64,000 nt of DNA from Pseudogymnoascus verrucosus (taxonomy: Eukaryota), in NCBI GenBank assembly GCA_001662655.1, contig KV460221.1; one strand, given 5' to 3'. Below, piece after piece: positions 12,749-25,048 of this stretch (the first letter of the stretch is position 1; the number at the start of each line of letters is the position of its first letter). Below the pieces are notes generated by a model. That model worked only from the letters and a program-made list of their open reading frames with translations. It was not told the DNA's origin and did no database searches. Made by a program: the position numbers and the translations under genes.

Positions 12749-13187
12749 TGTGTTGGTTTGGACTTATGACATGGAAGCGGGCGTTTTGGAATTGATACCA
12801 AAATTAGAAGGGGTGTATGGGAGATCCCCCTCGGAAATATTGGTAGAAGGGGAATTTTAGTATGTAAATCAACGACAAATATCGTGTGTTTTCTACGTCC
12901 CTTACTTTTGGTCAAAAGAAACCATCTTGGAAGCCATATGACTTCTTCATCTGTATACTCTCCGTACTACAATAACATTCGGATCCCACTCACCGACACA
13001 TTTTGCCATTTTAGTCTCCCCCTTTTCAAAGCCTACCCAGTGTAGCCACTATTTGCCGCCAGTTCCGTACGTGCTCAAGGCACAACAAATCTCTATTTAT
13101 AATTCAGGCTCATGCTCCCTACCCTTCCATTCTCACTAATCCCGTGCGCAAAAGGAGATAGCAACGTCCACTCTATCAAATATAATA

Positions 13188-16100
13188 CTACGGGCAGCTG
13201 GCGGGGGCGGCTGATTCGGGCTGATTTTCAACGACGTCTGCGCTTGGAGGCTTCCCGGCCCACTTCACTACTGCAGGCCAGAGTCTGGTTCCTGTGGTGT
13301 TGGCGACAGTGATTATCGTGTCGTCGCTGCAATTATATCAGCAAATAAATTAGAGTTAGAAATATAGATAATAAAGTACCTCTTAGCTGAATCACTGCTG
13401 ACAGACCTCGTCTCAGCCATTGTCACGGATCGAAGGAGCAGTGGTACTGCAGGAACGATTCTGGTTTTTTGAGAAATAATGGCTGCCATAGAATTCCTCC
13501 TCGCTGTCACCACGCATTCATCCAGCGCGGGGTTCAACAGCGCCATGGTTAAATGGCCAGTAGTGCTTTGGTCGATTCGGAAACTGGGCTTTTCTTCTCC
13601 AAGACTCGGCCAGTGCGTGGGGTCGGTGAGTATATTGACCTCTGTAGCTGGAAGGACACGTTCGGAGTGTGTGTTCTCTTTGAGGTCGATGTTGGACTTG
13701 TTTCTTTTAAAAAACTTGACCTTCACTTGATTTCCAGCCTCTGACTGAGGGGCTTCACCAGGGTTGTAAATAATCTCATTCGTAGTTAGTTCGTAGCCTT
13801 CATACTTCTTCACTCTGGTCTCGATACCAAGAGATGAGTTGTTACTGTCCGTCTTGCCATGCTTTTTCTTTGAGGATCTGGGCGACCCCTCGTCCGTGGT
13901 TAACTTTCTAGGAGAACCACGGTTCACCTTCGTGGGCCTTTTCAAAGGTGATCTGCCTCCAAACTCGCCGACTCCTGCCAGGCCTTTATTCGAAGTGGGT
14001 TGCGTGGACGATTCTTCGTCTTTTGTCTCTGAATCTAGTTTGGGGGGGTTGTAAGAGCCAGCGTCGTCGTTGTTTGCATCAGATATGCCCTCAGATTTCA
14101 ATGCCTCGGCACTCATCACCTCAGCTGCCGTCTTGCGTGTCGAGTGGCCAGTGCCACCAGTGGCAATTGCAATGAAATCAATGCTCTTAAGCTTTTTCTT
14201 TTTCTTTTTTCCAAGCCTATCCGATTCTCCCATGGTCGTGCTGGGATCACGACGCTCGGGGGAAGCTGAGAGAACGTCGCTGCTAATAAAACTTTCCTTG
14301 TTGCCAGACGAGCTCTCAGAATTCTTCATAGTGTGGTAGAGCAAGGTTTCAGCTGGCGATTCATCAAATATGCTTTCCTTGTGAGTAAAGGATGAACTGT
14401 AGCTGCTGAATGAGGTCCCATATTTTCCTTCCTCGGGCACAGAGAGGTTCTCAGAAACAGCAAGTGACCCCTTACTGGTTGGAATGCCAGGGATGCTGTC
14501 GTTTCTGTCGTATTCAGTCAGTATCTGCCAAATTGTAGATATGGACATTACTTACCGTAGCTTTCCTGTGTCAAAAGACTTCGTCGTCTTGGTTGACTGG
14601 CCTGAGCTTGTCGATCGGTGGCCCTTTCCACCCCTGGGCGTAGTGCCACTTTCAATATATGCCTTCTTAATCGTAAGATTCTGTTTGGATGGCGTATTGT
14701 ATCGTTTTGAAGGCGTGTTGGCTTCTTTTCTCGGCATTTGATCTCCATTGTTTGAAACGCTGGCATTCTGGTCCCTTTCGGTGGTTTTATAAGTTCGCCT
14801 GTGCTCACCAGCTTCAGATGAATCTCCAGTATGATCGCTCATGTAGCGCTGGTTGCCTCTAAACGAGTCTCCTCGGTGGCGATTTGGCCCATTCCGATTA
14901 TCAATCTCTGCCTTTCTCCGATAGGGTGCAACTATCAATACTCTGCCATCATAAAAGAATCCGTTGAAGCGTTGGATTGCCTCTGTAGCACTCGTATCGG
15001 CTTTGAAGCTAAAATAAGGGTTAGAATCCGCGTAAAGGCAACGAAAACATGGCCGAGGGTTCAATAACTTACGTCATAAATGCAAAGTCCTTGAGGGGTC
15101 TGTATCCCTCGATCTCTCCGCAACACTCCATCATTGTTGGAACAAGATCTGAAGTGAACTCGTCGTCTGTAAACCCCCGTATATAGATCGAGCGACCTTC
15201 TTCGATTACGGCGTTCACGAGGGTCGCGGAGTTTTGAATATAATAATATTTCTCCGCAGGATTCTGTGTATCTGGAATCGCAGTTTTTACTTCAACGATT
15301 GCTGCAGCCTCGTACTTTGTAAAGGTTTTGTTCCTGGGTACATTTGAATAGGCCCTGTTCCGGTTCACTCCAGGCTTGGAACCGGATATTACACGATCCT
15401 GGTCATTATCGTTGGCTAATGCTCGGTCTTTGAAGTCGCGAGGTGGCGTATAGGCCGTTGGAATCGGTCCAGCCAGAGACATAGGTCTACTCCGAGAGAT
15501 TCTATGCGGATTATACGTGTAAATCGGTTCGATTTTCGTCTGCGAAACTTGAGAGTAGCGGACCTTGGCAAATAGTTAGTATACATGAGAGCGAAGGGTT
15601 ATCCGTTCTCCTCACCATGCCGCGATTCTTTTCGAGCGAGACCTCACGTCGGTGCACATGATATTCTCCGGCAGACTCTCTGGCAGAAGCAATCCCAAGA
15701 CCTATTGCGTCTGAATTTGGAGATTCCTGCCATGGAATCTGGTGTTGGGCCTTTGGGCCTGGTCGAGTTGGAACTGCCCGGAATTATGTTATTTTTCGTT
15801 CAAATGGTGGCAAATAGTATAGTGCAGCGGTGATTTGTTGATCTTAACTAACCTGGGGGAGCAAAATTATTTCCATCGATTTCCACGGACCGCGCGAGGC
15901 CTTCTCTGATAAGCTGGAGTTGTGGTTGCAGAGCATAGCACCGTTGAGCAAGAAAATTGCATACGTCAACCATATCAGTACGAGGCAAGTTATCGAAGTC
16001 GAAGTACTGATAATCTTCGGGTTCAAATACCGCCATGACAGGTGTGTTGGGGGGGACTCTGGCAAGCTTTGCGAGATTGACTACAGACCATTCGTTGACG

Positions 16101-16591
16101 AATGACTCTATCTGTCGTCTCTTCTCGATATTGGTAGCTGCGAGACGGTGGATGACGTTGAAGCAGAAGCCGGCTCCCTCCATCCAGATATCCAAGGGAT
16201 CAAAGTAAGTGTATAGATCTTCCCAGGCAATCGGCAAAGATTGAATAGTATGAACGAAACCTGGATATTTATCTCGATAGAAATTGGCTCTTTCGTAGAT
16301 ATCGTTTGGATTATTGGTTCGGACCGCATATTGTGGTGCCGGTTTTGGTACAAGTCGAATTGAGCGTGATCTGAGGTTGGTCGAGAAGAAAGCAGGAGCA
16401 TTTGGCGGGAAATTGGTGAACAGCTCAGGAGGCACATATCCTGGGACGACAGGCAGGTCAATGAAGCCAGTGGGCGGCATTGGCGGTGCCATGGGCAGCC
16501 TCTGCGGGGCGAAATCCGAAAGAGGCGTAAGAGCCTACAAGATTAGAAATGAAGCTTAGACTGGTGACCAGGAATGACATACATTCATCAT
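13188..16591 (-). CDS. Multi-exon protein with a central RRM-like RNA-binding domain and long low-complexity regions
   Basis: Four collinear ORF blocks joined by GT-AG introns. RSIYIRGF...CGEIEGYRPLKDFAFMT|F.ADTSATEAIQRFNGFFYDGRVLIVAPY resembles RNP2/RNP1. First coding exon is ATGATGAAT|gtatgt. Exact exon structure is partly uncertain. Confidence 0.7.
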
Positions 16592-16825
16592 GTAGGTCAG
16601 ATCAGAGGGCACGAGCTGCAGATATTGAAGCTGAAGCTGAGATTATCTGTATTGGGTGTTGAGAACATGATTTATAATTGGAGTAGATAAACAGCACTGA
16701 CCTGGAGCCGTCTTATAGATGGCACAGAACTGTCAAGCCAATTTAAATAAGGAGGGGCCAAATAAAGGCTCCTTGTGGATTCTTGTGTTGAATTTCAATA
16801 GTTACGACGCTGTGTCGACCATGTT

Positions 16826-16900
16826 TGAGAGAGAAGTTGCAAGAGTTGTTGGGAGAAAAGTTGAGAGAGAAGTCGGGAGAGAAGTTGAAAGAGAAAGTTA
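16826..16900. repeat. Degenerate 12-bp tandem repeat (GAGAGAAGTTGx, about 6 copies)
   Basis: gagagaagttgc aagagttgttgg gagaaaagttga gagagaagtcgg gagagaagttga aagagaaagtt, upstream of the RRM gene. Confidence 0.7.
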
Positions 16901-17640
16901 AGAAAGAAGGAGAGAAGAGGGAGGAGGGAGGAGTGAAGACGCGTCCACGATAAGAGCGTCGAGCGTTGAGTGCCAGCTATCCAGCAGGAAGGTGCCACCC
17001 AGTTGTGCAGTTCTAAAATTAAACACTCAGATAGGAGGGAGGCAGGAGCAGAAGCTAGCGAACATAAACAAAGAGAACAAAAAACAGAATTCACTTCCAC
17101 TTCCACTTCTTCTTGATGATATTGGAAGCGCGACAGAGCCACGGCAGTAGATTTAACGAGAAGGAGATAACTGGCAGCTTCAGACTATAGCAGCATCATT
17201 GATCCTTCTCGACTCAAGCTGCAAGTGCTTGGATTATATTTCACTTTCTCTCCAAAACGGCAGTCCGTATGAAGCCACCCATTCTCAGATCAGTATCCAA
17301 TCCCATATAACCAACGATGCAAACAAACTACGATAATGAGACTGCTGGTAATATGATAAGGGGTTGTTATTGATCATGAAACATACTGTACAAACCGCTC
17401 TCTGCTGCTACCACAGGTCCCCGCCAAGAATTGAAAGAAGCATATTGACTCTGCACATTCAAAACCACCTTGGGTTCGCTATTTACTTAATTTGCTCGTA
17501 AGCCTGGAAAGAGTGGAGTGAAATTTATCAACCCGCCACGAGGCCAAATCAATCTATATAATCACACTTCTTGACACCTTCACTTGAGGTATCGAGAGAG
17601 ACAGACGGGAAATGCCCGTGTAGGAACGCTAAATTCAAAA

Positions 17641-18173
17641 TCATTCCTTTGGCAGCGATTCCAACAATTTCAGGATCTCCGATTCATTTGCACCTGCCAC
17701 CACCTTTCCGTTGTTCCAGTCGACCGTCTACCTTCTGTTAGCCTGCCGCCATGCCACGCCATTCCAACCGCTGGGAGCTTACCAATGGCCGTTGGAAGCT
17801 ACCCTTATCTTTCTTCCACTTTGTGAAGGCATCCTTCCCACTCGTTGCTCCCTGGACGACTTTGCCAGCTCCATTCTCTCCGACGTATTCGAGAATGCTC
17901 TTCAGCTGATCCGGGGTCGGGGCGTCTTCAATAACGTTGAGCTCGAATTCCGTCTGAACGCTGCTCTTTGTCTGTTGCGTGTGGTCGCTCGCTTGGTCCT
18001 CTGTAGCTGTCTCTCCAGCGGCCGCTGAAGCTTGCTTCAAGAGACTGTGGACTCTCATCGAAGCTGGGGCAGTTGGGCTGTGGAACAGCGTAATCACGTC
18101 GAGGCCTTTGCGCTGGTTGGTTGTTAGCTCCATTCTCGACCCAAGACGGCGGCATACGTACAAATCTGAACAT
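17641..18173 (-). CDS. FMP46: Mitochondrial thioredoxin-like protein (DUF1687/Fmp46 family), 3 exons
   Basis: MFRF|RKGLDVITLFHSP...SMRVHSLLKQ...PTPDQLKSILEY...FQRPL|TVDWNNGK...LPKE*, with canonical introns. Confidence 0.85.
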
Positions 18174-18525
18174 CTTGAAGTATCTATTGGCAATTGATTG
18201 TTATAATTGTTTTAATGTTTCTCACAGTTCGTGGGTTGTAAATAAATGGTATTATGTAGTCAAACACAGTCAACCTTGATGTCGAGGTTGTGGAGCTATG
18301 ACATAGGCGGCTCGGTACGGAATAACTCCTTCCCTTAAACCCCTGCAGGACGACGAATCGCGTTGCTCCAGGGATCAGCAGAAATCGCGAAGTTCATCAA
18401 CAATAAATCGCTGCGACAGCGACCTCAGCAACAGATCGGATTTTCTCCCCTCACAACTACTTCACGTCGCAGCCATCCAGGTTCTTCTTTGTTTATAAGT
18501 CCTCCTCATAATATAAACAGCCGCG

Positions 18526-19931
18526 ATGCCTCCTCTCATTCTTCACAATGTTCCGGACGACGAATTATATGTAGGAGAAGACGGGATCCAGCGCCCATAT
18601 GCGATGGTCTTCCCTGGGTATGTCCTCCTCGCCTTCCATCTCATCCTCAATATCATCACGACCAGGCCAATGACCCTGCTGAACCTTTTGCTGACCTCAA
18701 CTCCCACAGCTCGGAAACCCAACACAACACCCGCGCACGCAAGCCCATCCCCGAAAGCGGCTCCTTTGGACGATCGGTCAGGCGTTCGCGCTCAAAGACA
18801 GGAACGCCAGCCAGGAAAGAAGACCCGAATATTCTTGTTGCAGATGCGATTTTCTCCTCATACGTAGCCGAACTCACCAAAAAGCCGACGCCCTCAGGCA
18901 GTTCAGCCACAGATAAATCTCGCCGGCCCTCAGGTTCACAGCAAAGCCTCACACAACCTGTATCGCAACTTGATCGCAACAGCGACACGGACCATGAGCC
19001 GAACCTCGTACACCACCCCGTCCACCGCATCCCAACCGAGGTCATCCTCCGTGGATTTCCCAGCGCACAACAATATGCGGCCATTTCCCACTACGAGACT
19101 CTTGCAGGCACGATTCTTGAAGACTACCCACGGGACCCAGCTCTATCACAGCTGAAATTCAAGGCCGGTCGCGGAGATCCAACCGCGCTGAGAGCCAGGA
19201 CCCTGACGCCAGAAGAGAGGGCGAAAGCTTTAAGCTTTGCTGGTGGCGAAAACTGGATCAAGATCACATTCGAAAGCGAGGAAGCAGCGGAGGTGGCGAT
19301 TGAAGAAAGCCCACAAACGGTTATGGGATTCAGTGTTTACGCAGAGTTATGGAGAGGCGGACCACCAACAGAGCTCGACGCAGTACCAGCGCCGGGATAT
19401 GGAGGGAGGGAAAGGCATACACTCGGAGCCGCGGCTGGGCGGAAAGATTGGTCTGCTGCAGGGAGGGACAGGCCATTTGGAAGCATGCCGAGGAATTCGA
19501 CGATTTCAAGTGCAGGCAGGTGGGCTAGTATTCCTAGCCCCCCAAGTCCAGATACGAGTGAGGTTACTCTGGACACTGCGACGATTAGCGAGACACAATC
19601 AACTTCAACCCTCGCGGCTGGACCTCAACCACCTGCCAGGAGTAAGGATGACGATGTGTTCTGCCGACGTATTCCTACAGCGAAGAAAATGCAGCTCCTG
19701 CCTGCATCAGATGCCTTGCTTCCACAACAAAGTTATTCACAGAAACTACTTGCCAGCATACCCGTCATCAGCTGGATTACTGGAGATATCATTGGGAGCG
19801 AGGTGCCGAGGAAGGATGATGGGGAATTTGACTGGGCGCTTGCCAGCTTCTACTGGAGGCTTATGTGGTGGCTCGATTTCTGGCTCGGGTTTTTCGGCGG
19901 TGATATCGCAGGCAGCAATAAGGATGACTAG
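18526..19931 (+). CDS. Nup53/Nup35-type RRM nucleoporin-like protein, 2 exons
   Basis: Exon 1 [30 protein letters not shown], then an intron starting gtatgt. RRM-like core EVILRGF...[15 protein letters not shown]...SPQ.V.G..VYAE. Aromatic, amphipathic C-terminus. Confidence 0.7.
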
Positions 19932-20816
19932 TCTCGAATGGTAGAATGCGATGATGTGGATGGAGTCGGGAAGTTTTTCAGCGGGAGTATATTATACGGC
20001 CATGCCACGGGAGGCAAGGAGGGGTGGAGGCATTGTATGTAATGTTAGAAAGGGGTATTGTAGGTTATTATACAAGGAAAATATAATATTCGTACTATTC
20101 GGCTTAAATCTATGTCCTAAAGAATGTTCAATTGTAGTGATTCCTCGCTTTGAAGAGTATATGTTTGTCGAATACATTTAATAAATAAAAATAAAAATAT
20201 ACTAAATCAGAAAATATTATTTCTCACTGCCATCAACTAAAATCAATTGCCCGCAAAGCCAGGCATACAGATATGCCCCGTTGAATATTTATATAAAACC
20301 AACGATATCTTTTAGAGTGATATTCTGATGTTTTCTCATTCCTCGGTGTACCTTCCCCAGAAATGACGCCACAAATTTGGAGCCTTCAACCGAAGAGCCG
20401 ACAGCATATTGAGCTCAACGCCATTTTATTTACCAGATTGTAATATACAAATATATAGAGGCAGTATTATAATTGTTTTTAGAAGTAAATAAAATAATAA
20501 TGTATATCCAAGTGAATCAAGGTCGCTCATGTCATGACCGCGGCTCCCCACATAGTACTCCGTCGAAGCGTAGATTCGTTTCGCTTAGTGTGAAGTCTTG
20601 GCGCCCACAAAGCCAATGCGCCATCTCCCTTGTCAACGACACGACGACGACGGTCAAATTATTGAATTATTGTGGAAACAGCGACTTGTACGTGTCCCTT
20701 CCAACGCCCATTGATCGGATTTTCGACATTACGACTTCCGATACGACTTCCAAGTGCTAACAGGTTGCCCTACAGTCATCCTTCTCCCTCAGTCCACCCC
20801 CAACACAACCGCCATC

Positions 20817-21632
20817 ATGGATATGGACAAGCTGAAGAAGATGCAGCAGTCGGTGCGCATTGGTGAGTTGAACTTCTGACCCCGAGATGAGCCGAATAGC
20901 AAGCTTTGAAGAGCGTGGAAGGCAGTTCATCCTTCACCGACACCCCTGCTGACATATCTTTGTAGGGTAAGCAGATTTCCAAACCTCGACCCATCTATCT
21001 CCGAAAGACGAACCAGGCACAAATGATGGAGAGGAGGCATCAGGGACAGACGAAATTGATGGATTGAGGCTGACAATTGTGGGATTATAGCGGAAAGGGT
21101 ACCCCGAGACGTAAGGTCAAGTCCAAGCCAAAGAACTTTGGTGTCGACGACAAGAAGCTCCAGACCGCTCTTAAGAAGATCAACGTGCAGCCCATCCAGG
21201 CCATCGAGGAGGTCAACATGTTCAAGGCCGACGGAAACGTTATCCACTTCGCTGCACCAAAGGGTATGTACATCCAACTTTCTACCCGACAGCCTCTTCA
21301 AGGCCACATATCCGACGGAAATACATTATGCGGCAACATACAAGGCGGTGTATTGAAATACGAGCTACGAGGCTAACAATATACAAATAGTGCACGCCGC
21401 TGTCCCATCCAACACCTTCGCCATCTACGGTAACGGTGAGGACAAGGAGCTTACCGAGCTCGTACCCGGCATCCTGAACCAGCTGGGCCCCGACTCCCTG
21501 GCCTCGCTCCGCAAGCTGGCCGAGAGCTACCAGTCGATGCAGAAGAAGGAGGGTGAGGAGAAGGAGGACGATGACGACATCCCAGACTTGGTTGCCGGCG
21601 AGACTTTCGACGAGAAGGTCGATGTCGAGTAA
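20817..21632 (+). CDS. EGD1: Nascent polypeptide-associated complex subunit beta (BTF3); exons 20817-20862, 20966 (1 nt), 21091-21263, 21391-21632
   Basis: Spliced product [26 protein letters not shown]...[27 protein letters not shown]...[38 protein letters not shown] probable 5'UTR intron lies at 20688-20763. Confidence 0.96.
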
Positions 21633-22318
21633 GCGCTTAAAAAAAGTTAAAAGCCGAGCAGGATGGATGGGACGCTACTGTGGCGCCAGTACGCAAGGAT
21701 GGCTGCTGAGGTGATGCGATAGGCTGTTTTGGGCGCACATGCGTGGATGGATTTGTGTCTCAGCCTGGCAGAACAGATCTTGGGGGGTCATTCGAAGGGC
21801 GAAGTAGGCTCTTGATGACTTGCTTGTACAAAACTCTTCGAATACAGCCACAGTCAATCTTCCAATGTCCAATCTGCTTGAATATGCGTTGATACGCCAG
21901 GTGAGAATAATGTGGTGTGTTTATGTGGGAGTCACAATGCTAAACTGCTGGCGTTGAACTATAATTCGACCGGCGGCACGCTACTCTATGAGCGCCGTTT
22001 CCATATCGACTGTGATAACTGAACCCCCAATCCAAACGAATGAGGTATGACGAGGTAAGGCAGTCCAAATCAAAATCTCATAGTCTATTTAATTATGTCC
22101 TTTCCCTTTCCCCTTCCCTTTCCAATTCCCATACCTGCATATTCATCTTCTACACTTTCGGTCACATCTATCAACATTAAAGTCTCAAAACGCGGTTTAT
22201 CTTCTCACCCCCATCACTGCACATTCTCACTTCTATCGGCTTCATTCTTGGTCATATATTTAAACTTGGTTTTTGAAATTTAGGGCCAGTCCTACTGGTC
22301 GCTTTCCCACCCACCAAT

Positions 22319-23131
22319 ATGGCACAGCCACTCTCCGGATCGCCGAGCTCATCCTTCTTCGTTATGCGCCCGACGGCCCAAAGCCTCCCTACATCCCTTG
22401 CTCAACAGATGAACCGAGCTTCCACAAATGCCAGCGCAGAAGTATCAGCAGGACGTTCGGCTGGTTATGGGCAACCTTGTCTCCATACGGACCAAACGGT
22501 ACTCCTCCCTCCACAGGGCCCGAGCCAGATTCCAGGGACCTATGCTAGTGCTGCTGAGGCCTGGGATCCTATCACGACTCCTGCTCATAGTTCCCGCGAC
22601 TTCATGTCTGCCGGTAACCGAGGGCAGGCTCATCTTCTCGAGGGGATAGCAGCAACAGACGCTTGCCAAGGGACCGAGGCGCCTTTGAACACAGCTGGCT
22701 CCTCTAGCCCAGCTGGCAACACAACAGGTGCTACGCCTCGCACTAGAATCAAGTGGAGATTCAACAAAAGAAACTTCTGCAAGCTCTTAAGAAAATGTTT
22801 CCGCCGCAGAGAAAAACTTGAATCTGCCCGGTGGACGATTAAAGGGTATATGGCGGAGGACATCCAGTCGGCCGCTAGGATCCGGGATCTAGAGGCGAGC
22901 AATCAGGATCTAAAGGCACTCAATCTGTTTCTAGAGGGACGCTATATTGTCCTAGAGGCACGCAATCTGTTTCTAGAGTCGACCGTGGATGATCTAAACG
23001 GTGAATGCCAGGCACTTTGGGATGCGCGTACGAATTTAGAGCACATGCACCAATTGGACGCAGAGAAGCTGCGACAAAAAGATCACTTAATTTCGACTTT
23101 ACTTGACAGCTTGACAGGGAGGGGTTTGTAG
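22319..23131 (+). CDS. Hypothetical protein with a basic region followed by a leucine-zipper/coiled coil
   Basis: 270-aa ATG-initiated ORF with seven consecutive heptad leucines. No family recognised. Confidence 0.55.
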   Translation: MAQPLSGSPSSSFFVMRPTAQSLPTSLAQQMNRASTNASAEVSAGRSAGYGQPCLHTDQTVLLPPQGPSQIPGTYASAAEAWDPITTPAHSSRDFMSAGNRGQAHLLEGIAATDACQGTEAPLNTAGSSSPAGNTTGATPRTRIKWRFNKRNFCKLLRKCFRRREKLESARWTIKGYMAEDIQSAARIRDLEASNQDLKALNLFLEGRYIVLEARNLFLESTVDDLNGECQALWDARTNLEHMHQLDAEKLRQKDHLISTLLDSLTGRGL

Positions 23132-23168
23132 TTTCTTAGAGTGAATTAGCTGGCGTGGACAGAACTCT

Positions 23169-24632
23169 TTAGTGCCCTCTGGGCCCGACTTTAACTAATT
23201 TCAACGCGTTCTCCTCCCATCCCGAGGCACCGCCATATGCAGCAATCACGTCCTCCACATCGATTTCCGAAAATGGCATTACCCGCCTCCGTCCCAGCAA
23301 GCATTCTTTCCTTGTACTCGGTATTCGCAGCATTTCCTTCTCAAGCTCCCATCCGCAATCTATCGCTAGCTTCGATACCCAGGCGACCAATGAAGCATAC
23401 GCCGAACTCGACACGCCAGCTTCTTTCGACGGCGGCGCGCGGAAGCGTGCACCGGTCAAGTTATGGCTGCAGCATGGTATTGCTATGAAAGGCGACTCGG
23501 ACAAGTTGGCTAAGATGGGGGTCCACGGCGTTAGTTCATCGGCATGGTTTGATATTATGAAAGTTCCTTTTGGGAAGGTCCCAGGATGGGTTCCTTGAAT
23601 GGTGTCTTGCTCATTGGTTAAATCTGTTTTGTTGTCGAGACTTTCGTTATGACTTTGTATTACAGACGGTATCAACACGAGTTCTTTTAGATTTTCTCGT
23701 GTCTTTGGTGAATATGTATCCCAGGATTTCCGCTTTCTTGCATCAAACCCCCAGCCAGTGTAGCCTTCTTGGATGAGAATATGTGTGAGAAGACCGTTGC
23801 CACAGCCGATATCCACAAATCCCGGCCAGTTGTCGCCGTTGGGATACATTTCTGCCCATAGCTCGATTAAAAATGCGGCTATCCCCAGATCTTCAAAGAC
23901 GTGCTTTGCGGGATCTGTGACCTCAACCCAGGATGTGATGAGGTCCTTGGCATACATCGTCTTGAGTTTTGCGTACGTCTGTTGGGTTTTTGCTTGGGGT
24001 AGAACAACGTCGTGATGTACCTTCTTGACGTAGCCGTTCAACAGCCCGTTGCCGTGTTTATGGAGTATCCTGAGCAAGTGCAGAGCCGTTCGTTGGACAG
24101 CCTCTGTCTTGGGTGCAGAATCAAAGAACGAATAATGAATAGAGACTTGCCCTTGCTGAGACTCTGAATTGAACGTATGGAGAAAGGCTATACCATGAAC
24201 AGCTGGATGATAGAAAGGAGACTCGGAAGGAGATTTGAAGTGGGGGAGATAGATGACAAGAGACTTGGTCTCTATTTCACCTTTCTGCGAGTATATGAGG
24301 CACGTCTGATCCATAGGGTTGTCAACCAACGGGTTTCGTGGGATCAAACTCCGGATCGTGACAGTATCGACAGTGAAGCCCGAAACATCGAGAAGCATTG
24401 GTATGGGGTCATACACGGCATCATCTGTATACGGAGTGTCCAACGTGATATCTGCACGAGCGATGAAGGTCGAATTCAGGTTTGGATTGAGGATGAGATT
24501 CCTCATGACCTTGCCGAAGATCTCTGGAGTGAAAGAACAATCATGGCTATAGAGCGGCGTCCAGAAGTTTCCTTTATCATCATGTAGTAACGGCGAAGCC
24601 TCTACCTGATATTCCACAGGTTGGAAAGCCAT
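23169..24632 (-). CDS. TRM44: tRNA(Ser) Um44 2'-O-methyltransferase
   Basis: Motifs GYVKKVHHD, E.TDP.KHVFEDLGIAAFLIELW, FVDIGCGNGLL, GFDARKRKSW, FIISNHADELTPW, PCCSH and E.LRIPSTR. First ATG at 24632. Confidence 0.94.
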   Translation of the reverse strand: MAFQPVEYQVEASPLLHDDKGNFWTPLYSHDCSFTPEIFGKVMRNLILNPNLNSTFIARADITLDTPYTDDAVYDPIPMLLDVSGFTVDTVTIRSLIPRNPLVDNPMDQTCLIYSQKGEIETKSLVIYLPHFKSPSESPFYHPAVHGIAFLHTFNSESQQGQVSIHYSFFDSAPKTEAVQRTALHLLRILHKHGNGLLNGYVKKVHHDVVLPQAKTQQTYAKLKTMYAKDLITSWVEVTDPAKHVFEDLGIAAFLIELWAEMYPNGDNWPGFVDIGCGNGLLTHILIQEGYTGWGFDARKRKSWDTYSPKTRENLKELVLIPSVIQSHNESLDNKTDLTNEQDTIQGTHPGTFPKGTFIISNHADELTPWTPILANLSESPFIAIPCCSHNLTGARFRAPPSKEAGVSSSAYASLVAWVSKLAIDCGWELEKEMLRIPSTRKECLLGRRRVMPFSEIDVEDVIAAYGGASGWEENALKLVKVGPRGH

Positions 24633-24939
24633 GAAGCCGGAGAGTCGGTATTTCCATGCATGCACTTTCAGAGGCAGGCGAACGGAGAAAAGTGATACGC
24701 CCTCAAGATTGGCCAAGTCCAAATCAATTAGTTGTAAAATTGCGAATAAATGATTCCTACTCTAGCATAAATCAGATATGAAAAACGTGACTTCAATATA
24801 TTTTCCAACTGATCCCTCCTACTGGTGTTCCCGATGCCAAGACTTTCCGCCTCTCCGCCCCGACCCTGGCATTGAACTGCACCTCTTGAGGCTCTTGGCG
24901 CTAATTGGTTAGTGCATAATTTCATAAGCGAGAACATTT

Positions 24940-24946
24940 GCCCTAA
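24940..24946 (+). promoter_or_regulatory. GCCCTAA (TTAGGGC) Tbf1-like element upstream of RPL24
   Basis: About 105 bp upstream of the RPL24 ATG. TTAGGGC-type elements are known at ribosomal-protein promoters in non-Saccharomyces ascomycetes. Confidence 0.4.
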
Positions 24947-25048
24947 GTCCACCGTGGGCAGACGGAAATCTCGCGAGGCCAACGACAACGACGCCAGCAG
25001 CCGGCAGCCATCGACACCTAACAACACAGTCGGAGGAAATAAATCAAG

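Noticed and set aside
21020..21075. Possible C/D-box snoRNA in EGD1 intron 2 (ATGATGG...CTGA)
   Set aside because: Imperfect C box, only about 50 nt, the CTGA is the branch site, and no rRNA guide was recognised.
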